DNA of 64,000 nt from Phoronis australis. Lineage: Eukaryota > Animalia > Phoronida. Below, in pieces: positions 50,242 through 63,100 of this stretch. The notes under the pieces were generated by a model. That model did no database searches and was not told the DNA's origin. It saw nothing but the letters and a program-made list of their open reading frames with translations. Numbering within the stretch: position 1 is the first letter of the stretch; each line of letters opens with the position of its first letter. Made by a program: the position numbers and the translations under genes. The stretch lies in NCBI GenBank assembly GCA_002633005.1, contig NMRA01000117.1, forward strand, positions 415,731-479,730, written 5' to 3'.

Positions 50242-51436
50242 CCACTGAGGAGACTTGAACAGCTGGTGGTGTGTTCACACTGACCAAAGTAGCGAGTGGT
50301 CGAGCGAGTGAAGCGTGGAGTACTAGGCACAAAAACTGGCATACGTGTGGTTAATTGTACATTCCTCTGACACAGTCTGTGATGGCATCTATTTTGGGAT
50401 ATGTGACCTTAAACTTGGCACTTGTTCAGGTAATGGGAGACAAACGATTTAGTTCAAGTTGAGCGCACCTCCTGCAAGTGAAATGCATTCATGTGTTTCC
50501 CAGAGAACACTAAAGATACCATATTTTTTTAACTGTTTTACAGTTGGCCACTAATGCAGTTTATGTCCTGATCAAATGCATTTAATGGTGCTAGAGGTGT
50601 CTCCACCTAGCACTGTGGAGTTGGGAAAATTTAGTTTATAATTGGAACTTGTGTGGGTGTAATTAAAAAGCTATGAAGTCAAGTGTTTTGTTAATTGTAA
50701 TTTTTTAATTATTTTACATGACAAAAAGTATTGAGACAAAATTACCCAGAATTCCCAGTCATGACGACTGCATGGAATCCTAATTCACCGTCAGCGTAAT
50801 CTTCGCTTATGAGCAAGAATGAAGTAGAATCAACAGGCTGTGGCATTCTGGGATTAGAAATATGCCACCATAATAGTTGCTAGCACTCATTTTTGCTGCT
50901 AACAGCATTAGAGGTCGTGACATAGAAATGGTACTTTGCCTGATTGCTTTTGTCTTGTAATGTATATGTCATTCAATCTCAACTCTTTTACAGGACTAGC
51001 TGACTTGACCTTACGATCTTTTGAGCAGCTGGCCAATGACCCCTATTGTCCTTTGCCTTGCAAGTGACCATTTCTTTTTTTCTTTTGAAAAGTGTAAGGT
51101 ATGTCCCTATTCATCTCAAACGTTGCCTTTTCACAAAAGTCAGCATTGAGCTTTTTAACGCCCATTGCAAAAAAATTACATACACAACCAGATTAGAAAG
51201 CATGAGTTGTTCATCTTGTTACTAGTTATTCAGCTACTTGGAAAAAAGTCATTGATATTTGTGACCAGTTGATCACTAGGTTTGAAGAAGGATCATCAAG
51301 TTTGTGACGAGTCAACTTCTAGGTTGGAATGTTGTGAATAGCTGACTGCCAGTTTTGAAGAACATGCATCATTCTTGTGACTAGTGAAATGCCAGGGTGG
51401 AAGAAGATTCTTCAATCTCGGACCAGTTTACTTTTA

Positions 51437-52188
51437 CAGGCCTCGACAATAACTACCGTTTGCTTGTCCGGAACAACCAGAAATTAGGTATGGACAAGTT
51501 GAATGTCCAAGCTGTTGTCCAAATAATAGACAAGCTAAATTTTTTATTAGCTGTGCACTAAAATTAATCCCGTCTTAAATACATGCATTCCATTGTATTT
51601 TCCATGGCGTTTTTGCAATGTATAAAGCATCAGAAAGATTTCCAATGTGTGACTTACCTGTAATACTTATAGAATTATCGTTTCTAGAAAATGGTAAAAG
51701 GAATTCACCGTGCTTCTCAATGCTGACTTCAGCACTGAGACTACGGGTGCCTAAGACATTGGCCTATATCTGGACTTAGAGTGAGGTACTAAGATTAGCT
51801 AGGCCATAGACCAGTGGGGAGCAATCAACCCTGTTGACCGGCAACTGCAATAACAATACATCAACATGATGAGTAGAGTTTTTTTTTAAAGGCAGCTTTT
51901 AGTCACACTGGATGTGATGCTGAACATTGTTATGGGTTGCACCACACCTTGTTTTCAAATTTTAAACTTTCTGAAAGTATTGTAAATCCTACAACTATTC
52001 AGCTATAAAATACAGATTTGTGTGTTCAAAGTATGTTAATGATCGTGCCAATGATACAAATTCGTAAAGAGACACCATCAGTTAATTTTTTTTCTTTGAA
52101 GTTTTTGGACAAGCTGATTTTGAACTTGAATAACTTGAAAGAGTTGCAGGAAAAGACAAACAGTCACAAAAGTTAACGTCGCGCCATG
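51437..52188. mobile_element. 752-bp hAT-like non-autonomous element with 5-bp TSD (TTTTA)
   Basis: TTTTA|CAGGCCTCGACAATAAC ... GTTAACGTCGCGCCATG|TTTTA (12/17 TIR match); GGACAAG/CTTGTCC subterminal motifs; removing it rejoins a repeat unit. Confidence 0.65.
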
Positions 52189-52209
52189 TTTTAGGCTGAA
52201 GAAGTCGTT

Positions 52210-52510
52210 GATGTTGTAACCAGTTGACTATCTTACTGAGTCAGTGATGCTGGAACCAGTTGACTATCCTACTGAGTCAGTGATGCTGTAACCAGTTGAC
52301 TATCCTACTGAGTCAGTGATGTTGTAACCAGTTGACTATCCTACTGAGTCAGTGATGCTGTAACCAGTTGACTATCCTACTGAGTCAGTGACGTTGTAAC
52401 CAGTTGACTATCCTACCTGAGTCAGTGATGCTGTAACCAGTTGACTACCCTACTGAGTCAGTGATGTTGTAACCAGTTGACTATCCTACCTGAGTCAGTA
52501 ATGTTGTAAC
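52210..52510. repeat. 36-bp minisatellite, ~8 copies
   Basis: (GATGYTGTAACCAGTTGACTATCCTACTGAGTCAGT)n. Confidence 0.95.
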
Positions 52511-53277
52511 TATTCAACTGACAGGCTAGAAGAGGAGCTATGTATCTTGAGGCTAGGTCTGAGTTTCATAGACACAAGAATCTCACAAAGGAAGCTACTG
52601 TGATCACCTGAATCCCTTGTAATACATGGCAATATCTTGTTAAGGCTTGTGTCATCTTACGTGAGCTTGCGTTTTCAGAGGGTTCTGCGTCTGTGGCACA
52701 CAGGCACCAGCCTGTGTTAGGTGACGAACAACATTGTTTGCCATCATAGACTGTCACCAGCGCAATTCGCAGTACGTTGACATGGTCCCTCAGTCACTGG
52801 AAGTAGACGCTTGAACTATATCTGAGTAGTGATAGTTTCCTTTACTTGTTGTAATATGTGACATATGTATACATGTAGGGACATAGGTTGGATTGTGCCT
52901 GTAGTGTCATTATGTCATTCCCAATTGCTAGGATAAAATGATGAATATTGTCAGAATTTGATGGTACAAACTATTGTTACTTCAATGTTTTAAAGTAGAA
53001 ATCCTGAATTATCATTGTAGTTTTTGTGATTTAAGAAGTGGTGACACTTATAGGGACATTGTTGATTTTATGGCCAAAAGAACATTTTGGGATTAGTGTT
53101 GGATGGGATAGACTTGTTAAAGTTATCAGCCTTGACCACAGCTATAAAACAACAAAATCGGTTGTTTTTGGGTTTTGTTACAAATTCCCAATTCTCAATG
53201 TTGTTTGGCAGACATTCACTGAAATCAAGATTGGCAACTACAAGTCAAATACACTTAAAATACTTTACCGTATATTG

Positions 53278-53360
53278 ACAGGGATTTGGCTCCGCTGGCA
53301 GAGCGTTTGGTTGTTACTGCGAAGTTCCAGGTTGGATTTCGTGCTGAGGCTGATCTCTGA
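53278..53360 (+). mobile_element. Highly decayed tRNA-like/SINE head
   Basis: TGGCTCCGCTGGCAGAGCG (A-box/D-arm-like) and CAGGTTGGATTTC (B-box-like). Confidence 0.3.
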
Positions 53361-53659
53361 AAACAACTTTTCTCCTTTTGAACTGCCATAATTTGTTGAG
53401 ATTTTCTTGCAACACCTGAGAAGTACTTATGAATCAAACATGTATATCTTGGCCTGTTTTTGTGAGAAATGTTTGTGTGCAGTTTCAAATCCTGAGGCTG
53501 GTTGGCTAGTGTGTTTTTTTTTTGTTAGGCTTAGCTATGTATTTAGGTGGGTGTGAAATATGCTTATTGCTTATTAAGTTATAATGAGGAGTGTGCTGTG
53601 TTTTTAATAAGATTTGGGTTTCCATGATGTCAAGTGTCTTGTTATGACTTGTTGACATT

Positions 53660-53665
53660 AATAAA
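53660..53665 (+). promoter_or_regulatory. Candidate polyadenylation signal for the ankyrin-repeat gene
   Basis: AATAAA after a long TG/T-rich tract, followed by T-rich sequence; implies a ~3.4-kb 3'UTR. Confidence 0.35.
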
Positions 53666-54949
53666 TTTGTAAATTTAAGTCGGTCATTGATTTTTTTCGG
53701 TTCAATGCTGTAAAAATAAAAAATAGAGGAAATGAATTTAAAAATAGAACACTGTGGAAGAAGAGATCAAAGATATCAGATATAGAAACACATTGACTTT
53801 GTGTGGTAAGACGTTACAGTTTTTGCATGGCATGTGACGACAAAAGGGTGTTTTGAAATTGATTTTTTGAAAAAGCCTATGGGTAGTTGATTCTTATTTT
53901 AAGAAATGATAAAGCCTGTCCTTCGGTGGAAAGTTTATACTAAGTTTTTAAACCTCATGAATAGTTTTGGAAAACTGTCGCTTTCCATGCGTTGCACAAT
54001 GATTCCGAATATTTTCCACGCCTCATTTTTGTTAAATATTTCCAAAAATCTGAAATAATACAATTCCTAGAAGTGGTTTGATTTATAATTTGCGAACCAG
54101 GTACTCCATCAACAGGTACTAAGTGTTTTGATAATAGGTTTTGTGTGGGATTTTCAATACTAGTTGTTTTAGTTATTGATAACGCAGCTACAAAATGCCT
54201 ACCACGGTTGAATAGGTCGTATTGAACTTCACATTTTGTGCGCTTGTATTGTCATTTTGTCCTGGTGTCCCCTCCATATCTCGATATCTCTGGTCGGATT
54301 TTAATGAAATTTGGCTCAAGGGGATCTCTAGAACGGTTTATGGCAGTTTTCAAACTTCCCCAGCCCTGCATGGGGTCATGGGGATTGGCTTTTTCAGTAT
54401 GTTGTGGGAAGAACATTTCCCGGTGATATCTAGGAAACAGATAGACGGATTTCAATGAAACTTGACAGAGGTATATGATGTTACTGCGCCAAAACCATTA
54501 AAATTTCGGCAGATTTGACCACTGCAACTCCTCCAAGAGTTCATTTTGTTCTCGGCAAGGGGATTTTCAAGTCCGTTGCTTGGGGGGAAAACCGTTTCCG
54601 GAGATAACGATTGTTAACCGATGATTTCTATAAAACTTGACTATGACAATACACTGGCACCATTTGATTTTCGGAAATTTGTTGTTGTTGCTGTTGTTGT
54701 TGTTACCAGCTAAGCTATGCCGTAGTACCTTTGATCATCTGGCATTTATCGAAAGGGTGACGTATTCCTGTCGACTGTGCTCCAATAAACGAGGGGTGGT
54801 TTCTCTGGGAGTCTGGACGCTTTGCGAAAACACTTAAAAGGGTTAAATATTCTGCCTTTAGTAGCAATACGTTAGTCATTGTTACGCTTATACTATCTGA
54901 GCAGGCTGTCACAGCATATTACGAGCTTTAAAAAACAACGCCGCCAGCC

Positions 54950-55366
54950 GTTCAGTAACGCCAGGATCTTGCTAAGAAACAAAACTTAGCGAGATTACGT
55001 GGTATTTTAAACGAGGACATGTGATTTTGGCTAGATTTTAGTGAAGTCTTAGCGCTACTGAACTCAGTCACCTGATATTCGTCTCATGGCGTGTTTCGAC
55101 GTCGAATCCAGCACCTTATTGCCTCGACTTATTCCAAAGTCCAGTACTTTTATTGGATGGTCTTGAGTAAGTTGACCGAGTGGTGCTCCCATTTAAGTGT
55201 TTGGTAGAAGGGATATGAAGTGGGTAGTGTTCAATAACGCTCTGACCTACGCTAGGACCTCACTAAAATCTAGCCAAAGTCACATGTTCTCATTTAAAGT
55301 ACACGGCACCATCTCAAGTAATCTCACGAAGTCTTGCTCTTTAGCAAGGTCCAAGTGTTAATGAAC
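54950..55366. mobile_element. Two inverted copies of a ~115-140-bp MITE (54950-55063, 55229-55366)
   Basis: Each copy is bounded by GTTCARTAACGC...GYGYTAMTGAAC; interiors (ACATGTGATTTTGGCTAGATTTTAGTGA vs TCACTAAAATCTAGCCAAAGTCACATGT) are reverse complements. Confidence 0.7.
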
Positions 55367-55643
55367 TCAATGCAAGGCCCGGTTTGCTTGGTCTTGCTGC
55401 AGGCTTGGCCGGTGACTGTTGGCTTTGGCGCTTTCGGGAACTAGGGCCAGTTTTGGTATCGATTTGAGCATGTTTCTCATTTGCACAAGTTCCGGGTTGC
55501 CAAATTATACTTCGTTGATATTGAGTTTGTATGTCTGGCTGTAAGACACTACTCCCTTACTATATGTTATGGTGTTTCATGCCCCGAGAAGCAATATTTT
55601 TACACATCATTGTTACGAGAGATACTGACAGCTAGCACTTATC

Positions 55644-55773
55644 CAAGGGCTTGGAATTTTCCTCTTTTAACAGGATTTCCTCTTTTTTGGTTTCACTCAA
55701 TCCTATTCATTTGTGGAACGGTACATCACCTATAAACTTTTCCTCTTTTTGTCATTGGTCATTCCAAGCCCTG
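55644..55773. mobile_element. 130-bp MITE with 5-bp TSD (TTATC)
   Basis: TTATC|CAAGGGCTTGGAAT ... ATTCCAAGCCCTG|TTATC; TTTCCTCTTTT subterminal motifs. Confidence 0.8.
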
Positions 55774-57214
55774 TTATCTAAACGTTAATTTCATCTGGCA
55801 ACAGGAACATGATATAACGGTATTTTGAAAGCGTAATAATTTTCATCAAACCGGGTAATTTGAGGCTTTAACGAAATGACCAATTTACACTACGAAATTT
55901 GAATGTCTCTGTTTATATGCAGTTTTTCCTAATTGAACCAGTATTTACCAAAATGTGCCTACGTACATTACCAATTGTATTTCCTATCAAATTCGCCATT
56001 TTCGCCCATGATTTTCTTATAAAGTACATCATTTATACCTGACCGGGTTTTCACATTGAAGCATTCACGATCATGGAATATATTAGCATGCAAACTATTA
56101 GCAACTTTGTAAAACAAATCTTGTTGCTGAAAACATTGCGCGAATCTAAATTTTCCCTCTGGTGTTTTCTTGAAAAAGTTTGTGATACATCGACTTTACG
56201 ATACAGAATTTTATGTGATTTTCCAAACCAATTTTATGCATCGTTTGTTTTTGTTCTGCAAAAACAATTATTGCGTGTAGCCGTCTGCACTAAAATACTC
56301 TGCTATACTTATCCTCAGACAGCTATCGCCGTTACATATATTAGTGTTACACGACTTATTTCCTTGTCCTTGTGATAATTTTTAATTAGAGGAAAAATGT
56401 CTTGAATGGCAACCCCATGGAAAGCTGATATTTCGTATGCCCGGTATTCGTTATTATTTTTATGACGTGTACGTGTTCTTTTTATTTCTTTTTCACACCG
56501 CACTTGTTTGCAAAATTCGTCTGTTTCCTCAAAACCAATCCTTTTAATTAGTAACGTCAGATCCTTCCAGCTGCGAACTATTTTTTTTCGGTCACGAATT
56601 GATCCCCTGAGTTTATGTGATCAAGAACGGTTTGTTATAAACATTATATTATTCGATCCACCATAATAGAGAAACCGACAAGATCGGCTCTTCCCGGAAA
56701 ATAACTGATTAAACATCATGTGATCAATAAGGGGAAAGAAACAACAAAATATAGCAGACGCGGATTTAGAGGGAGTCAAGGGGGCCATGCACCTACATTT
56801 GATGTAACACAAGGTGCAAACTCCTAGTTTCACTGTATGAAACGCAAGCGGATCGATTATCTTGTCAGTAGAAACCCATGATCCGGTTCACAGAGCTCTG
56901 CTTCGTCAAAAAAATCAATAATGAATCCAGACTTTCAGTCAGTTTTCATCATCTTCAACGCATCGAATGGGTTATGTCGGCCTAAGCACAATTATTTTTT
57001 CTTGTGGTATTTTACAGCCATATTCTATGAAAATATTCTTGAATAACACTGTCGTACACTCTTTCACAGCGACATCTCGTAGCGTTGGGAAAGAGTACAG
57101 GGTACTGAGCACGCCCTTCCTGTGACTGCGCAGAGAAAGTGGACAGCTTGCCCAAGCGAATGCAGTCCATGATTGCTGTCAATTATTTCACTGTATTTAC
57201 TATCAAAGCAGTTA

Positions 57215-57380
57215 ATTGGAGAGCCACGTAAATACATAAAACGTATTGAGAGTGGCGTACATGAAGTAATATCCCACGATAGGCCTACATTATTACGCGT
57301 ATCGGTCGATACGCGGAATAACGACGAGTGGGATATTACTTCATGTACGTCAATCGAGGTACCTTTTGTATTTATCCAAT
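57215..57380. repeat. Palindromic foldback element
   Basis: Perfect 22-bp arms CGTACATGAAGTAATATCCCAC (57256-57277) / GTGGGATATTACTTCATGTACG (57328-57349) around the hairpin CGCGTATCG-GT-CGATACGCG. Confidence 0.85.
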
Positions 57381-58079
57381 ATGTTTCGAATTCCTAAGTT
57401 TCTTTCATTTTTTTACAGATTTTTTAAATACTTTACTCAAATTGTACACGTAGCAGATCACATCCTATATGTATGTACTTGCGCATTAGGCTGCAAGTTT
57501 TCTCTAGTAAAAGAAACAGTTTTAAATGTGACGATTTATTACTTGAAAAGGGATGACAAAGATGAAAACAAGGATAACTTTTCATTGAACTTGTAACATC
57601 TCATGAAAATAGTTAAATAACAACAATATTTGATGTTGTAGTTATCGAGGAATCGGCGCCTGAGTTGCAGACGATAAAATATTTAGGAAATGAAAACTGA
57701 AACAGAACTGCCTTATAATTAATAGTCCTGTTCCAGATGTTACGATTGCGACCTGATTGTATGTTGAGCGTTATTTACACTGCTATGATTGTATTACTTT
57801 AAACAATTTTTTAAAAGTTTGGAGATCGAACCGGCTAACCAATGAGATAAATATAACTATGTATATAGCTCACTGCGGCTAACGACGTCGAGTCGACATT
57901 GACCTACCTTTTGAACTTTCCATGTCAGAGGTCACTTTTGAAGAAGTGCGGGAGGTGAATACGGAAAACTTTATTACATGGCCGTATTTCCCTCTCCTCG
58001 ACAGATTCAACGCGTATGGGATAAATGGTTAAAAGGTTCATCTATATTTTTTCATTGTAACATGACGTTGAAGTACTTA

Positions 58080-58523
58080 CCGTATTTCCGCCATTTGTCT
58101 CATGGGCGTCTGTGCGGAACTGTGTTTGTACGCGAAACTTAAGCGCATGCTCGATATATGAGAACCACTTGGATCAAAAAGGCATCCAAAAAAATATATT
58201 ATTTCGGATATAGACCCAGAGGCCTAAAGACGCGGCAATGCAGTATTACAAAACTATTTATCAAATTTCTTGAAAATACGCCGAGGAACTCCGATACAGA
58301 GACTAACGTAAAAATTTCTCATTAGGAGGCACAGCGGTGGTCAAAACGGGTTCAGCTACATGCGAATTAATGTATGAGTCTATGCAGGGGACATTACCTG
58401 GGCTTATGTGCGAAACGTACGCGTATGCGCCAATATGTGAACCACTTGGGTGAAAATAGCCGCAAACAAGGGATTTGATTGTTTCGGACATTAGCCCATG
58501 GTCTTAAAGGCGTGGCAATACGG
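58080..58523. mobile_element. 444-bp CCGTA-type MITE with an internally duplicated 3' end
   Basis: TA|CCGTATTTCCGCC ... GGCGTGGCAATACGG|TA; 58145-58245 is a diverged direct repeat of 58421-58523. Confidence 0.7.
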
Positions 58524-58864
58524 TACAAGTGTTTCATCGTACTACTGTGCGCCATCTGTTATCTGTTTCAAGCAGGGGCATTGTTGATGCAAAGCACTAA
58601 TCATCTCCCCTCTTATCTATCCTGACAACAGGAGAGTCAGTGGTGTAGTGATACGTTCAGAAGTCAGTGTGTGTTCATGGGTCAGTGTATCAGCACCTCC
58701 TTTACACTGGAACGTGACGAACGTGTTTAAAGAGGCCTGGAACGCGATAAACAGACTAAATTATAATATAAAAAGTAGTTTTCTGCCACTGAAACAGAAT
58801 TCAATCTGCTCAACAGATATTTTAGGGTTTGTTCGTAAAGATTTTTAATTTCTGTCCATATTAA

Positions 58865-60189
58865 AGGAGAATGCTACCCCGATTTAATTAATCTTTTTTG
58901 CCGTCTTAATCGGTCTATATCCACATCGCCTCGCATACGGTCGACCTTACCTTGCCAAGAGGTGTCGCGGTAACCTGTAAGGAAGGTGAGAAACGACGCT
59001 AGCGACGTCAAAGGTTCATATGCAGAGTGAATGCCGCTATGTTCCCGCTTTTCCGAACTAAGCAGCTGCGAGGAAAGCGTGTATATCGTTTTTTACTTCC
59101 CTGTTTGAAAATGAATTATTCTCACCCTAACCAATACTTATATAAAACTGAAACAAAGTCTGTCTCATTAGATGCAATTTGTAATGCATTTGGAGTGTTC
59201 GTGAGTGCAAATGATTTGAGAAGCCAGCAATGAATAAATCACTGCATTACTGGCTTTAGGTGCTATAAAAGTACGGCTATTGACGGGACACCTAGGCCGT
59301 GTGAGCCCATGCTAATTTAGTGTTTGCTGGAAGAAACTGTTGTGAAACAACTCGATTTCCATCCCACGACCAGGTGTTAAGGGGAATCTTTATTTACATT
59401 TACATTACTCAAATAATGATTGTCATTGTACAACTTCTGCCCTGACGGTGCTGTCGTTGGCCAAAGCGGAACCTGAATTCGCGACCCCCGACGAATAAGT
59501 AAATTTGCAGTTTCGTGGCTAATTCACCAACATAGTCAGGTGCACATTACTTTGTCTCACTAGTATAGTATTTTCTTGACTGGAAGTTTAGTTTCCACTG
59601 AACTTTGTCTGGTTTATGTTCGTGATGTCTGATCATTTTCCGAGCCACTGGCAGGGATAAGGAGTCAATCCGGCCGGCCGCGACGGGCCTGATCGTGCTC
59701 TGAGCCACTAGCCAGGCTAACAAGTGTTTTGTGTTTAGAACTCAAAAAATCACAAGTCTAAACAACACAGACCTAGGTTCTCCTGTCTGTATCTCACGGA
59801 AAATACTTCGAAATTATCTCCGAACAGACTCCAAACTCCTGCTACGGACCTTATTGGCCTCATATTGCCGAACTTTGTAGGCTACGGTGTGTCCAAATAC
59901 CAATATATCCGTAAGAGCGAAATAAAACAACACGTTTTTATAAGAACTCGGTGTATTTTTAAGGGTTTTACATCGACGTTTAATGATTTATTAGTGTTAA
60001 ACGATGAATTCAAGCGATAAACTGACACCTATAACCCGCCTTGTGAACTGCTGAACAGACTGCGTGTGAAACCGATGACGTCATTGGATAATTTCAACAA
60101 CCTCCGTCTGCCGTCAGGTGTCGTTATGGAGTAGAACTACTCGATCTAAATTGATACAAATTAGGTTGTTTTTTGGGTGGCATGCTCCT
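58865..60189 (+). mobile_element. Kolobok-like non-autonomous transposon, copy 2 with both ends
   Basis: TTAA|AGGAGAATGCTACCC ... GGGTGGCATGCTCCT|TTAA (TTAA TSD, AG..CT termini, 13/15 TIR match); internally deleted relative to 15170-17039. Confidence 0.88.
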
Positions 60190-63100
60190 TTAAAGCATTT
60201 TCTTTTAGTTTCAAATTTCAAAAAACGATATGTCAACTGCTCGCTTCTTCGTCGATTTTTTCCCACAACGCAAAACACGTTTCCTTATTTGATAATATTA
60301 GGGCAAGACATGGACCTAGCACATTCCCCTTATATGGAAAATGTGACCTTTGACCTCAAACGACTTCAAGCAGCTGACTGTGAGTGCATGCGCGCATTTA
60401 TCATAAGTGGGAGTGAGATTAGAAACTCTTTGGTAACCACAGAGTTTTTCCTTCCGTGTAAATTTTGTTTTTTTTCTGGAAATTTCCCCACAGGGGGAAG
60501 TGAATTACTCTGTACTAAATGTTGCGAGATGGTACTTTAGTCAGGAATTATGTAAAAGACATTTTTGACGATCTTTCTTGTTTCATGCCTCTTTAAAGAG
60601 TATTTCGCCGCTGTGTGGTTGAATTCTTAGCCAAAGCGTTCTGGGTATTTCAGGATCAGCTCGGTAATGTTTTTCTGAACATTTATTCAATCTTGAATTG
60701 TTCTCGAACGAGCTAGCAACTAAACTCACTGGCAATGCACACATGCGCCATTTTCGAATTCGAAATTTTAAGGTTTGCTAATCCCAGTTTACTTTGAGGC
60801 ATTTTCTTGTGTCGATGATGGTTTCGATATTCTTGTTGGCAACGGAAAAGTATCCTATTAAGGTAAGGAATATTGTGAGACTTATTTTGTGAGAACAAAA
60901 GCCACAATTTGATTTTAACAGGGTATAATGACAGTTCAAAAAACGTTTCGGGTGGAAAGAAACAAACTGCTGACGATCCTTTGCTGACAGCACATCTCAG
61001 TGACACGCACGTTAGCATACTAAATGATTGCTTCTCATGATTTTGAGATTGTCAGAAAAAACAAGTGACATTCCGGATTTAATGGACGAATGTTGACACT
61101 TCTAATTTTCCACCATTGTATTATGACGTGTCAATATTGTTCAGCAAATTTGCTATCAGCTACTAACACATAATGATGCATTAGTGTTCACCATCGTTTC
61201 AAATACTGACCAGAACATACAGACAAAACAGACAGAGAAAGACAGATAGTCCATTTGGCCATTCTGTGGTGATGTTAGAATACGACCTGCTTGGTCAAAC
61301 AATAAAGGAATGGAGACTAATGGAAGGCTGTCGGAGCCGATTGTATGCTAAGTCACCTGTAAAAATTGTAAAACGAAGCAATACTGCTAAAAATAAAGTG
61401 GCTCGAAAACTTAACATCACGAAGAATAATTAAATAAAATTACGCGTTAACAATATGCTATTCAATAAGAAAACAAAGCAAAGATAATTCAGTCACCTGT
61501 CAGATGTTGAAAAAATATGACATGGCAGAGACTGTTAGCGAGTGCCATTCGATCACTAGCACAGTTAGTTTACTGAGTATTTATTACTAAATAAACTCTT
61601 CAAAGATTGGAAGTTTTAGTAGAAGTAAAGTGGTGCACACTCCCCCCNCCCCCCCCCATAGTAATATTGTAAAAAAGTTTAAAGCAGACGAAGTGTTGTA
61701 ATACTCCAAACAAAAGATTTTTTTTTTCTTAGGGGTTTTGCGTGAGCATTAAATTTTCCGTGGCCTATGTGATGAAGTGCGCGTTTCTGTACTATTTTCA
61801 ATGCGTGACATTTGTTAAGAACCCAGACGCAAATGCCAAAGTGAATTAGTGGTATAATAATTAACGTGCAATAAATCAGTTTGTAGAATCTGACTTAGAA
61901 GATAGTTTTTAAAAGACGGGTACCTCACTGTAGAATACGGGGGCCATAAAATATTCCACAATTTTCGTTTCTCAAAAATGCACTCACTACTTCAATTGCA
62001 TCACGTGCGTACATGTTCACAATCTTTGAAGAAGAACACATGTAACATTGTCAGTTTGGAGCAGATATTTATTTTTTGTAGTTCATTATTTATTTTCTCA
62101 ACTAATTATGTCAATGTAAAGGTATTATTGGGGTTCAAATAGAAGACGCGGTGGGCTAGTTCTGCGTTCATATATAGCTGTGTGGCAAAAAGCGTTGCTG
62201 ACCAGGGTATCGGTACTCTAAACTAGCGTATCAGGTAATATGATCTAAGATACCCCTGTGTGGAGTACATAAATTACCACATTAGTAATGGGTTCATGTC
62301 AATAAAACAGTGGCTAAAATAAGATGATACATCGTGGACTAAAACTGGTGATTTTTCAAACTGTGTGACTTCTGAAAGTGATTTTGTGGTAAAAGGTTAC
62401 GTTAAGATCATTTTTACCAGGAGAAATACAGAATAGATGCATCAGGTGTCGGAGTGGTACCGGTTGACCATGAATAATTTTAGCAATGAGCTATAGCCCA
62501 TTGACTTTAGTAACTCTTTGAACCGTGGTAGATAATTGGCTTGCAAGTCGTGATGCCGCACATAATAGCACGGGAACGCTCTAGTATGGAATAGATTTAC
62601 ATCTGGGCTAGCCACGATTCAAGAATCGCTGTCGCAGGAATTGAAATAAAAGGGAATGTTTTTGCAATGCTGGTCACGCATTCTTACCCAGAAGGAAAAT
62701 ATTTTTACGAGTCGAAATATGTTTAAGCACAGAGAGCGAGCCCTCTTATTCCGCGAACTGTTGACTCCTTTTTTCAAAAAGATTATCAAAGTCGTTACAG
62801 ATCACTTGCGCAAGGCAATTCGGGTATTTTGGTAACCAACAATTTCCAGTCAGAAGTGAATGTTTTCTACGCATGTCGTTTGATTCCGCACATGCGCACA
62901 TAACGTTCACCTCCGAAGGTTCAACTCTGTTTGAAGAAAACCTTCACATTTTATCCTGCGCACCTTTTGGATTGTTTTCGTCCGAGGCTATAAAAAGACC
63001 TAGAACGAGTCATACTCGTCTGGTTAGTAAATTACCGTCAGTGCGTGAAGACGTGTTTTAGAAAGTGTGTCTAAGGTAAGATTTAAAACGTATTTTATGT

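Noticed and set aside
52210-52510. 36-bp (and 43-bp at 41401) repeats as CRISPR arrays
   Set aside because: Head-to-tail repeats with no unique spacers, no cas genes, and a eukaryotic context
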